A DNA stretch of 64,000 nucleotides from Planctomycetota bacterium. GTDB lineage: Bacteria > Planctomycetota > UBA8108 > SXIK01. Where the stretch lies: NCBI GenBank assembly GCA_965223265.1, contig OZ244999.1, positions 1,632,001 to 1,696,000 on the forward strand, read 5' to 3'. Positions 47,907 through 57,569 of this stretch are shown here, one piece after another. Position numbers and translations under genes: made by a program. Within the stretch, counting starts at the first letter, position 1; each line of letters opens with the position of its first letter. The notes below the pieces were generated by a model. The model made no database searches. It was given only the letters and a program-made list of their open reading frames with translations, and had not been told where the DNA came from.

Positions 47907-50726
47907 CTATCGAATCGTGATGAAGTCGTTGTGGTTGAGGAGAACGTGAACCAGGTTTTCTCGGGCGCGCTGCAGCGCGGCATCGGACGTCGCCGTGTCC
48001 GCGTTTGCTGCCGTCTCAAACTGTCGCAGCGCCGTCCTACAGTCCGCATGTTCGTCCGCCGTGGGCAGTCGACCGATGATACGCTCGAAGGCGGAGGCGA
48101 TGAACGCCGCCGTAGCGGCTGGCGTATCGGCGCCAACAACCTCGCGTGTGATCTCTGCTGCGAGCTTGCGTGCCCGCGCGAGCACCATCTTACTGTTGCT
48201 CATCGCGAGTGCCTGTTGTGGCACAACGCTGTCGCGACGACGATAGCACTCTTCCACGTTCGGTGCATCAAACATCGTGAGAAACTTGATTTGGTCCTCG
48301 CGCGTGTAGCGGTAATAGATCGTCCGCCGCGTGCCTTCATCACCGGCTGCGATCGGCAAATCAGCGCCACCCATCGTGGTGTCGAGTTCGCCAGCGAGAT
48401 AGATCAACGTGTCGCGAACAGATTCCGCTTCCATACGGCGCGGATTCATGCGCCAAAAGAGGCGGTTGTCCGGATCGAGGCTTAAGTTCGGATCCTCGCT
48501 ACCTGATGTCCTCGACTGCATTTGATACGCCTGCGACGTCATGATCAGTCGGTGCAGCGTCTTCGTGCTCCAGCCGCTCTCCATGAACTCGACGGCGAGC
48601 CAGTCGAGGAGCTCGTGGTGGGGCGGGCGCGGAGTGCGCAGGCCAAAGTCGAACATGGAGCTGACCAGCGGGGCGCCAAAGTGGCGCGTCCAAACGTGGT
48701 TGACCGCAACGCGAGCGGTTAGCGGGTTCTTCGGGTTCGCGATCCAGTGCGCCAGGGCCGTACGCCGACCTGTCGTCTGTGTCGGGTAGACGTTGCCCGC
48801 AGGCGAGTACTCGACTCCTGGGGCCTCAGCTGCTGCCTGAGCGGTCTGCATCGCTTCGCGTGCTTCGGTCAGTCGCTTCTCCGCCGCAGCGATCGCTGCG
48901 GCTTGCGTCGTCGATGACTCTCGGGGCGCGGGCGTCGATCGTGCGGACTCAAGTGCGTGTTCGGCCAAGAGCAATTCGAGTTCCGCCTTCACGCTCTTTG
49001 CTTGTCGTTCAAGCACACTTGCCTGCGTCGCAAGATCCGATAGTTTGGCCGTCGCCGGTGCGTCGTCACCGAGGAACTTCGCCACGTCCGACGCGATGCG
49101 CGCTTTGAGCGAAGCTGTTTCAGCCTTCGCCAGCTCCGTTTTTTTCTCTGCCGCAGCCAACGCGCGCTGAGCGGCGGCAAGCGACGCCTGAGATTCCGCT
49201 TTCGACTTTGGCGCGTCGCTACGATTGTCCCCAGCTGTCGCCGCGTTCACCGTCTGCGGTGCGCCGGTTGCCTTTGCTCCGTCGCCTCCTTCCTTGGACG
49301 CCGCAGCCACGAGCTCTTCAACTTCGGCGCTGGCGATCTCGACCGCGGCCCTCTGCGCCGCGACTTCCTCGATAGCCTTTTCGATGGCTGCTTCCGCTGC
49401 CGCGATCGCGCCGCGGCGGGTGACGCCCCGCAGTTCAGGGTAGTAGGCTGCAACCGGCAGCTGGTGCGCCACAATCGGGCCGATCGTCCCGACGACGGCG
49501 GGTACACCTGGCTTGTGCGCGCGGGTCTTGTCAGGCCGTGTCTCTTCGCCGCGGACGAAAAGATACGTCTCGGCCTCCAGGTCAGCGTCATAGACCCGTG
49601 GCATGCCATCCTTCTCGAGATCCATTTCGCTGCCGACGTGGTCGAGTCTGACGCGATGCGGTTCGAAGAAAGCGCGGAAGCGGTAGTAGTCCTCATGCGC
49701 TATGGGGTCGTACTTGTGCTCGTGGCAGCGCACGCAATTCATCGTGATGCCGAGGAACCCCTTGGCTGTGTGTTCGACGACGTCGTCGAGCCAGTAATTG
49801 CGGTTATAGAGGTACCAATTGCGCGCCAAGAAGCCGGTAGCGCGAACAGTTTTTGCATCGCCAGGAGCGATCTCGTCCCCGGCAAGCATCTCGACGATCA
49901 TCCTGTCGTAGCCTTTGTCCTCGTTGATCGACTCGACGATCCAGTCGCGCCACCGCCAGATATGCTTCTGGCTGTGGCGCATCTTGTTCACCAGTCCGAA
50001 CCAATCGCTGTAACGCCACACGTCCATCCAGTGACGCCCCCACCGTTCGCCGTATCGCGGGCTGGCGAGTAGACGGTCGACAACGGTTTCGTAGGCCTGA
50101 TCTGTGGCGTCAGCACGAAAGGCGTGGAGCTCGTCGCGCGTTGGCGTGAGTCCGACGAGATCGAAGTACACGCGCCGGAGTAAGGTTTCTCGGCTTGCTT
50201 CTGGGCGCGGCACGACCCCGCGCCGTTGACGCTCCGCGTCGAGGAATGCATCGATGGGGTGCGCCGCTGGGGAGGTTTTCGACTGCGGCGGGTTCGTGCG
50301 CTGTGGAAGTTGGTAGGCCCAGTGGAGTCGTGGGTCCGGCGGCACTTCTTCATCCTCGGCCTTTGCCCCCTGGTCGATCCATGCGGTGATCAGCGCGATC
50401 TCTTTGTCGTCAAGGGGGCGCCCCTCGTCTTCGGGCGGCATGAGTAGGACGTCGCCGTCGCCCCGAATCGCTTGGACAAGAAGGCTCTCCGAGCCCTTTC
50501 CCGGTACGACCGCGGCGCCTTGATCGCCGCCCGCCCGTAGTAGCTGGACCGCGTCGAGACGAAGGCCTGAGCGTTGCCGCAGTGCGCCGTGGCAACCGAA
50601 GCAGCGCTCCGCCAAGATCGGCTTGATCTGCTGCACGTAGTCGACAGGCTCGTCGCCGCTGAGCTCGGTCGCACCGGAGAGCCAGAGTAAGAGCGAACCT
50701 AAGAGATAAGGATGCGTGAATCTCAT
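47907..50726 (-). CDS. Planctomycete cytochrome C (PSCyt1) + DUF1549 + DUF1553 protein
   Basis: CFGCHG..SGLRLD, YGERWGRHWMD, CVRCHEHKYDP, NPLTARVAVN; Ala-rich coiled-coil insert. Confidence 0.92.
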   Translation of the reverse strand: MRFTHPYLLGSLLLWLSGATELSGDEPVDYVQQIKPILAERCFGCHGALRQRSGLRLDAVQLLRAGGDQGAAVVPGKGSESLLVQAIRGDGDVLLMPPEDEGRPLDDKEIALITAWIDQGAKAEDEEVPPDPRLHWAYQLPQRTNPPQSKTSPAAHPIDAFLDAERQRRGVVPRPEASRETLLRRVYFDLVGLTPTRDELHAFRADATDQAYETVVDRLLASPRYGERWGRHWMDVWRYSDWFGLVNKMRHSQKHIWRWRDWIVESINEDKGYDRMIVEMLAGDEIAPGDAKTVRATGFLARNWYLYNRNYWLDDVVEHTAKGFLGITMNCVRCHEHKYDPIAHEDYYRFRAFFEPHRVRLDHVGSEMDLEKDGMPRVYDADLEAETYLFVRGEETRPDKTRAHKPGVPAVVGTIGPIVAHQLPVAAYYPELRGVTRRGAIAAAEAAIEKAIEEVAAQRAAVEIASAEVEELVAAASKEGGDGAKATGAPQTVNAATAGDNRSDAPKSKAESQASLAAAQRALAAAEKKTELAKAETASLKARIASDVAKFLGDDAPATAKLSDLATQASVLERQAKSVKAELELLLAEHALESARSTPAPRESSTTQAAAIAAAEKRLTEAREAMQTAQAAAEAPGVEYSPAGNVYPTQTTGRRTALAHWIANPKNPLTARVAVNHVWTRHFGAPLVSSMFDFGLRTPRPPHHELLDWLAVEFMESGWSTKTLHRLIMTSQAYQMQSRTSGSEDPNLSLDPDNRLFWRMNPRRMEAESVRDTLIYLAGELDTTMGGADLPIAAGDEGTRRTIYYRYTREDQIKFLTMFDAPNVEECYRRRDSVVPQQALAMSNSKMVLARARKLAAEITREVVGADTPAATAAFIASAFERIIGRLPTADEHADCRTALRQFETAANADTATSDAALQRARENLVHVLLNHNDFITIR

Positions 50727-50870
50727 CGTCTCGCTTGCATCGGGGGTGAGATCCTACAGGATCTCAAAAAGGCTACTCTAGCCCATCGAGCTGCACGTCG
50801 TCAAATGGTCGGGTCGGAGTTGCCAAGTGCGGCATGAGCACATTTCGACGATGACGGATTCAACGGGCCA

Positions 50871-52172
50871 TCAAGGCCGCCGAAACGACGGGTCGCCGCG
50901 GGTGGGCAGCAGTGGATTGGGCGCGTGCGGGTAGTCGACCGGCGTGTACCGAATCGCCAGTTCGGGGGTCTCGATCTTCCTGCCCCCCTCGTGGAGGGAG
51001 GTGAGCAGGCGGTCGAGCGCGCCGCCGGTCAAAAGGGTTCGTTCGGCGGGGTAGGTTGGTCTGCCGGTATGAAACATGCGCTCGATCGCATGGAGAAGAT
51101 AGCAAAAATGCGGCACACGAGGCTGCAAGTACTCCATGCCGCGAGTGACGCGCTTTTCCCCACCCTTGAGCCGCAGCGCGACGGACGACCCCCGGGCGAA
51201 GCTACCCTGCATGAGCACGGCGCCGCGTAGTCCGTCGTTGTACTCGAAAAGAAACAACGCGACCCACTCGTGGTCGTTTTCTCGCGCCTTCTCGGGGTCA
51301 TGAGGCGATGCCGCCTTCAGCGCCATTTGAATCAGATCCTTCGAGACGCGGCCGGCGTCGATCGCTTTCCACATCTCCTCATATCCAAGACACTGCACCC
51401 ACTTGATCCCGGTTTCCCCGCCGCGACGGCGTTCCACCAGGGACTGGAGCAGCTCGAGCATGTGAATCCCATACCTGTCGAGTGCCGCGTAGCCGACGCC
51501 GACGACCTCCTCAATCTCGCAGTCGCGCGGTAGCGTCAGGTCGGGGACGCGAAAGCTCAAGGGAAGTGACGAGCCGGCCATGAGCGGGACGTTGAGCTCG
51601 CGAGCGCGCTCATACATCCAGATCGCATCCTCCCATTCAGGGCCTAGGTGTTTGTCGTTGAACACCGGTACGACGCGCCCGTGCTCCTCGAACGTCTCAG
51701 CGATTTCTGCCAGGAAGCGGCGGCGCGGGTAGAGATCCTGTCCTTTCTCGTTCATTGGGTAGCGCCCGTGCTCGCCGATGCTGAGCACTCCGTCGACCGG
51801 GATGCCGCGCGTGCCGACGGTGATCGCGTCCTTGATGGAGTCAAAGATCGGCACTCCATGCTTTTCAGCCATGCGTCGCGCGATGTCGTTCGGTGGAAAC
51901 TGCTCAACGTACATAGAGCTGAGTGCGAGATGCGGACCCGCGCCGCCGTCTTGGTCCCAGCCTTCAAGGATCTTGCCGACGAGGACGTCGGCGTGCGAGC
52001 CTGGATAGTAGACGGTGCAGATCGCGGCGACTTTCTTCTTTTCGCGCGCCGGTGTGTAAGCGAGCCAAGACGGCTGCTGTGGTGTGGTACGGCAACTCGG
52101 CACGACGGCGAGCGACGCAGCACCGGCGATGAGCCGCAGCGATTCACGCCGGGTCATGAGCGAACGTTTCAA
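50871..52172 (-). CDS. Conserved hypothetical Tat-exported, oxidoreductase-like protein
   Basis: TRRESL leader, [49 protein letters not shown]. Confidence 0.75.
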   Translation of the reverse strand: MKRSLMTRRESLRLIAGAASLAVVPSCRTTPQQPSWLAYTPAREKKKVAAICTVYYPGSHADVLVGKILEGWDQDGGAGPHLALSSMYVEQFPPNDIARRMAEKHGVPIFDSIKDAITVGTRGIPVDGVLSIGEHGRYPMNEKGQDLYPRRRFLAEIAETFEEHGRVVPVFNDKHLGPEWEDAIWMYERARELNVPLMAGSSLPLSFRVPDLTLPRDCEIEEVVGVGYAALDRYGIHMLELLQSLVERRRGGETGIKWVQCLGYEEMWKAIDAGRVSKDLIQMALKAASPHDPEKARENDHEWVALFLFEYNDGLRGAVLMQGSFARGSSVALRLKGGEKRVTRGMEYLQPRVPHFCYLLHAIERMFHTGRPTYPAERTLLTGGALDRLLTSLHEGGRKIETPELAIRYTPVDYPHAPNPLLPTRGDPSFRRP

Positions 52173-52630
52173 ATCTTAATCCTTCCACACTATCGAGCGA
52201 ATGCGCACACGCAGCGACCGGCGCGCTGCTTCCGAGACGCACCATACTGGGACGTGCGACGGAAATGAACGGTACACTTTCGCGTTCACATCGCCGCCGA
52301 GTTTTCGCAGCGCATTCCGGCGGATGGCGACGATGATGTGCCCTGTATCTAAAGGTCTTCACCCACACGATGGCGCCGAAAGAGGGGAGATGTTCGGCTG
52401 TCGCACCCGATCAGCCGTCCCTGTCACTCCCAACTCCGGCCCAACAAAGATCGTTGTGGAGCGCCGCTCCTTCGCTCCCACTCCGGATGTGCGTCGGAAC
52501 TCCCTTCCTTGACAGATTCGACTGCTGGCAGGCATCCTAAGGATGGGGTTCTGGCGAACGGCGCCGGAGACCGTGACGACTGTTCGCCCCAGGCCGTGTC
52601 TCACCCGATCTTCTTTTGCCACGATTTCCG

Positions 52631-54307
52631 ATGAACAACATGTTTTCTTGTCTCATTCCTGTGCGCGTCCAAATCTACGTCGACCTCGCTTCTCACTGCG
52701 CCAGAAGGTCCCGGAACTCCCGAGTCTCTGTGGCGGTGCTCGTTGCGGTGTTTCTGGGCTTCGGTAGTTTCGCCTCAGCTCATGACGAGCCGAGAGCGCC
52801 TTACCCGGAGAAGGAAGCGCACCGTCCGACGCCTATTCCTGATCGCATCGTCTTGACGTTCGCGGCAGACCCGAGCACGACGCAGTCGGTCACTTGGCGA
52901 ACAGACACATCGATTACCGAAGCAGTAGCCGAAATCGGTGTGACCTCTGAGGGGCCGCAAAAGGCTGAGAGAACCGTCTCAGCGACGACGACGATGCTTG
53001 AGTCAGACCTCGGGCCTGCGCACTACCATACCGTCCACTTCGATGGACTCCGGCCGCAAACTACATATTCATATCGAGTCGGCGACAACGTCGATTGGAG
53101 CGAGTGGTTTCAGTTCCGTACCGCGAGTGCGGAAGCGCGTCCGTTTCGGTTCGTCTACTTCGGTGACGCGCAAAACAGCGTCAAGATGCACTGGTCACGC
53201 GTCTTTCGCGAAGCGTTTCGTGAAGCACCGCGAGCCGCGTTTACCCTCCATGCAGGCGATCTGATCAATCGTGCCAACCGCGACGCCGAGTGGGGTGAGT
53301 GGTTTCACGCGCCGGCTTGGGTGCACGCGACGGTGCCAGTCGTTGCGACGCCCGGCAACCACGAGTACGCCAGGATTGGTGCTGGGCCACGTGAAGAGCG
53401 CCATTGGCATCACCAGAATGGTCATGAGCTATTCGTCCGCATCGTCCAAGAGATTCCGGTCAAGGGTTCAGGTGGAATCGATGTCGGGCTGAAGAGGATC
53501 GAGGCCGAGGCGGAGGGTACGAAGGTCGTGTACACCGTCGACGCAGCTGGCCGTTTGATCGCGGCGGATGACGCATTCGCTGAAGTGACCGGGTACCCCG
53601 TCACTGAGGCGCGCGGCAAAGTCGTCCGCGAGCTTTTCGGCGATCACCAAGCTGAGCCCGGTATCCGGGTGCTGTCGAATCACTGGCGTCCCCAGTTCGC
53701 GTTTCCAATGAACGGTCCCGAAGGGCTTGAAGAGACGTGCTTTTACCTCGACTATCAGGACGTTCGTATCGTCTCGCTCAACTCGAACGAGCAGGAGGAG
53801 CGGCAAGTCGATTGGCTGCTCCGAGTGCTAAGCGACAACCCCCAGCGCTGGACGATTCTGACGTTCCACCATCCGATCTTTTCTGCCGCCGGAGACCGCG
53901 ATAACCCGGAGCTCAGAGCGCTGTGGCGGCCGCTGATCGAGGGTTTTCGCGTCGACCTCGTCCTCCAGGGCCACGATCACACGTACGCCCGCAGCGGTTT
54001 TACAAACCTGCCGACAGGACTCAACAAGCAGGATGTGGCGAGCGGCACCGTATACGTCGTCTCGGTGAGTGGGCCGAAGATGTATTCGCTCACACGTGAG
54101 CCTTGGATGGCGCGCGCGGCTGAGGACACGCAGCTTTTCCAAGTGATCACCGTTGATGGAGACGAGCTGCACTATGAGGCGCGTACAACGACCGGCCGTC
54201 TCTACGACGCGTTCACGCTGGCGAAGCGAACTGGTCTCCCGAACGAACTCCGTGAGGCGCTACCCGCTGAGCGTCTGCGGCCACCGCCCGCCCCGGCATC
54301 GAAGTAA
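52631..54307 (+). CDS. Purple acid phosphatase-like metallophosphoesterase (FN3 + calcineurin-like domain) with a PAS-like insert
   Basis: FGDAQ, HAGDLI, PGNHEY, FHHP, LQGHDH.Y motifs; start uncertain. Confidence 0.88.
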   Translation: MNNMFSCLIPVRVQIYVDLASHCARRSRNSRVSVAVLVAVFLGFGSFASAHDEPRAPYPEKEAHRPTPIPDRIVLTFAADPSTTQSVTWRTDTSITEAVAEIGVTSEGPQKAERTVSATTTMLESDLGPAHYHTVHFDGLRPQTTYSYRVGDNVDWSEWFQFRTASAEARPFRFVYFGDAQNSVKMHWSRVFREAFREAPRAAFTLHAGDLINRANRDAEWGEWFHAPAWVHATVPVVATPGNHEYARIGAGPREERHWHHQNGHELFVRIVQEIPVKGSGGIDVGLKRIEAEAEGTKVVYTVDAAGRLIAADDAFAEVTGYPVTEARGKVVRELFGDHQAEPGIRVLSNHWRPQFAFPMNGPEGLEETCFYLDYQDVRIVSLNSNEQEERQVDWLLRVLSDNPQRWTILTFHHPIFSAAGDRDNPELRALWRPLIEGFRVDLVLQGHDHTYARSGFTNLPTGLNKQDVASGTVYVVSVSGPKMYSLTREPWMARAAEDTQLFQVITVDGDELHYEARTTTGRLYDAFTLAKRTGLPNELREALPAERLRPPPAPASK

Positions 54308-54361
54308 GGCGACGCGGTGGCGCGGGCGAGCGCTCTGGCGCATGCAAAGAGGCGCTGGCGT

Positions 54362-55753
54362 TCACTTGCGTCGCTGGCCGTGCCTTCCTGGCTTCCACCT
54401 CGCACCGCCGGTGTAGACTTTTCCGACCGGATAGCGCGGGCTCGGCGTAGCCGCTGTCTGCATGATGCGCTCGATCTGGCGCACGACTTCCGGCTCGCTC
54501 GCAGCGACGTCCTTGGTCTCGCCGACGTCGTGGCTTAGGTGGTAGAGTTCGACCTTGCTGTCACGGCCGCGCCGCACACCTTTCCAACTTCCAAGTCGCA
54601 CAGCTTGGTCGTAGCGGCTGCGACAGTGGCCGTAGTCCCAGTAGAGGTATTCGTGCGGATTAGCGATTTTTTCACCTTCGAGCGCAGCGACGATAGAGAT
54701 TCCATCGGTACCATCCGGCACGGCGGCGCCGGCGAGCTCGGCAAACGACGGCAGGATGTCCCAGAAAGCGATCACCTCGTCGCTGGTCTTCCCGGACGGT
54801 ATGCGGCCTGGCCAGCGGGCGATGAAAGGCACCCGGATGCCGCCTTCGTAGAGCTCTCTCTTAACTCCACGCAAGGGGCCACCACTGTCGAAGCGCTTCG
54901 GCGCACCGCCGTAGGGGCCGTTATCGCTCGTAAAGATGATCAACGTTTTCTTTGTGAGCCTCAGCTCATCGATCAGCTCAACGATGCGACCAACGTCTCG
55001 GTCAAGCATCGACATCATCGCGGCGAAGTTTTTTTCTTTTTGCGACCAGTCCTTGTCTGTATAGGGAGCGTCCGACGGCACGGTAAACCGTGTCGGGTCT
55101 TCTTTGGCGGATGAAAAGTGCGGCAGGGTGTAGGCGCCGTAGAAAAAGAACGGTTCATCCTTCGACTCGCGAATGAATCGGAGCGCGCGCTCGGTCATCA
55201 GATCATGACTGTAGTGCTGCCGCGAATCCGTGTTACCTTTCAGTTCGAGGCGAGCGTCGTTATCGTCAAGGTATTCTGTGTAGTAGTAGTGCGCGTGGTC
55301 CTGGTTGAGGTAGCCGAACCACATGTCGAATCCCTGCTTTGTCGCACGTCCCACGGTGCCGGCGTCGCCGAGAGACCACTTGCCGATCCCACCGGTTCGG
55401 TAGCCAACGCTCTTGAGCACTTCGGCGACGGTGACGTCGTCGTCCTGCAAGTACGTATCGTAGTGCGGGACGTTATCGCGCACAGCCGCGTGGCCGTTGT
55501 GCCGTCCTGTCATGACGATAGCTCGCGTGGGCGCGCAAACCGAGCTGCCCGCATAGGCCTGCGTGAAGCGTATCCCTTGGGCGGCTAAGCGGTCGATGTT
55601 CGGCGTTGCGATGATCCTCTGGCCGTAACAGCCGAGATCGCCGTAGCCGAGGTCGTCGGCCATGATGAAGACGATGTTCGGTTTGTCTGCCGCCGACAGC
55701 TGAGTCAATGCGAGCAGCAACAGAAAGAGCAAGGTGAAGGAAAACGTTTTCAT
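54362..55753 (-). CDS. Arylsulfatase (Cys-type)
   Basis: Signal peptide, PNIVFIMADDLGYGD, CAPTR, GKWSLG, SDNG, YEGGIRVP. Confidence 0.92.
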   Translation of the reverse strand: MKTFSFTLLFLLLLALTQLSAADKPNIVFIMADDLGYGDLGCYGQRIIATPNIDRLAAQGIRFTQAYAGSSVCAPTRAIVMTGRHNGHAAVRDNVPHYDTYLQDDDVTVAEVLKSVGYRTGGIGKWSLGDAGTVGRATKQGFDMWFGYLNQDHAHYYYTEYLDDNDARLELKGNTDSRQHYSHDLMTERALRFIRESKDEPFFFYGAYTLPHFSSAKEDPTRFTVPSDAPYTDKDWSQKEKNFAAMMSMLDRDVGRIVELIDELRLTKKTLIIFTSDNGPYGGAPKRFDSGGPLRGVKRELYEGGIRVPFIARWPGRIPSGKTSDEVIAFWDILPSFAELAGAAVPDGTDGISIVAALEGEKIANPHEYLYWDYGHCRSRYDQAVRLGSWKGVRRGRDSKVELYHLSHDVGETKDVAASEPEVVRQIERIMQTAATPSPRYPVGKVYTGGARWKPGRHGQRRK

Positions 55754-55866
55754 CGACGTCGCTTTCAAACCGGGCTGCGGTCGACGGCCGCTGACGCTTT
55801 GGAGGCAGCAAACGGCAACGGAGGATCGTTCCGCGCTCAGCGCTATACAGCTGAATCAACGGGGTG

Positions 55867-57288
55867 CTAAGTGTAGATACCCTCGATCGGCTCGCCCATA
55901 TAGATTTGATGCGGCCTTCCGTCGACGTCGACCCAGGTCGCCGTGCGCGGGATTCCCAGCGCGTCATAGATCGTAGCGGCGAAGTTTTCGGGCGTCTGCA
56001 CGTCACGTGTTGGTTCCGCGCCGATCTGATCGGAGGCGCCGACGATGTTGCCGCCGCGTACGCCGCCACCGAAGAACATCATCGTATTCACCGGTCCCCA
56101 GTGATCACGTCCAGCATCCTTGTTGATCTTCGGCGTACGTCCGAACTCACCGGTGACGATCACGAGCGTCTCGTCCATGAGCCCTGTGGTCTCGAGATCG
56201 TCGATGAGTGCCGAAATCGAGCGGTCGAAAGGCGGCAACAGGTGGTTTTTCAAGCTGCCGAAGTTGTTGCGGTGCGTGTCCCAGGAGGAGTTCTTACCGA
56301 GGTTGACTTGAACCAGGTTGACTCCACTTTCGACCAAGCGCTTGGCCATGAGGAGAGACAGCCCGAACTTGTTGGCGCCGTAGCGCTCAAGGATCTTCGG
56401 GTCGGCGTTTTCGACGTCGAATGCCCGAGTGACTTTCTCGTCCGTGAGCACGGAAATCGCTTGTCGCCTTTGGCCGTCAAACGCGTCCGCCGCTCGCTGG
56501 AGCGCGTCTTGTTGACTTTGAACCTCTGCGAGCAGCCCCAGACGACCCTTCAGTCGACTCTGCCCTCCCTCGGGGAGAGTCAGCATGGGGGTTTCGAAGA
56601 CCGTGTCGGAGGCGTGTTCGAAAGGCGTACCTTCGAACCGAAAACATTCAGGACAGGCACCGTTACCTTTCGGGCACTTCGCGGCGATGTCAACGTGCCA
56701 CGCGTCCCAGTGGCTTCCCAGGCGCCCAGCGTACTGTCCCGGGCGTACCTTGTTGGCTTCGTTGACGCTTGGCTGCGGCAGTACAACCGCGGGCGGCAGA
56801 TTGCCGCGCTGGTGACGGAGGGCGTAGGTGGTCACCGCGGGAATCGATGGCCACTCGTTCGGACTCGGCACCTTGTTGAGTGAGAACCCCGGCGGCAGAT
56901 CGAGCCGGCCCGTCAGGAGCATGTGGCAGGCGGGCTCGTGGCCGTTACTTGCGGTGCGCATCGAGCGAACGAGCGCGTAACGATCGCTGCGCTGTGCAAG
57001 CAGCGGCAGGTGTTCACAGACACGGAGACCCGCGGTGCGCGATGGAATCGAGCCAAACTCACCGCGGATTTCAGACGGTGCATCGGGCTTCATGTCGAAG
57101 CTGTCGTGGTGCGACAGGCCGCCGGTCAGAAAAACAAAGATGACGGATTTAGCTTTTGCTGGAGGGGCTCCCGCGAGTGCTCGCAGCGCCGCGACGTGAG
57201 TTGTCGTCAGCCCCAGGCCGATGGCACCTACTTGGATCGCTGCCCGTCTGGTGATGGTTCGCTTTGGGTGGCTGCCAGCGTCGCTCAT
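55867..57288 (-). CDS. DUF1501 family protein
   Basis: TRRAA leader, GGLSHHDSFDMKP, GEFGRTP, GRDHW. Confidence 0.9.
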   Translation of the reverse strand: MSDAGSHPKRTITRRAAIQVGAIGLGLTTTHVAALRALAGAPPAKAKSVIFVFLTGGLSHHDSFDMKPDAPSEIRGEFGSIPSRTAGLRVCEHLPLLAQRSDRYALVRSMRTASNGHEPACHMLLTGRLDLPPGFSLNKVPSPNEWPSIPAVTTYALRHQRGNLPPAVVLPQPSVNEANKVRPGQYAGRLGSHWDAWHVDIAAKCPKGNGACPECFRFEGTPFEHASDTVFETPMLTLPEGGQSRLKGRLGLLAEVQSQQDALQRAADAFDGQRRQAISVLTDEKVTRAFDVENADPKILERYGANKFGLSLLMAKRLVESGVNLVQVNLGKNSSWDTHRNNFGSLKNHLLPPFDRSISALIDDLETTGLMDETLVIVTGEFGRTPKINKDAGRDHWGPVNTMMFFGGGVRGGNIVGASDQIGAEPTRDVQTPENFAATIYDALGIPRTATWVDVDGRPHQIYMGEPIEGIYT

Positions 57289-57569
57289 GCGCTACATCCT
57301 TGTTGTGAGTGCAGCAGAGGATTCGTCGACGATGTCACGGCTCGCGACGAAGTAGAGACCAGGAAGAAATTCTAACGTACTCACAGAGTTGTCGTAAAGC
57401 CGAGAACGATGATCTCTAAGGCCGATCTGGGCCCGATCGGTGCGCGCAGCCTGGTGCGCCTGATCGTCTGGAGTGCAGCTGGGCGCTTTGGCATGAGCGG
57501 CCCTGGCCGAGGGCTTCGAGCATCGTGCGATTGACGCGGTCGCGGAAATCTACGAAAATGCGTTCTACT

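Noticed and set aside
52509-52540. Sigma70-like promoter (TTGACA...CATCCT) upstream of the phosphatase
   Set aside because: The -10 match is weak and cannot be supported from sequence alone
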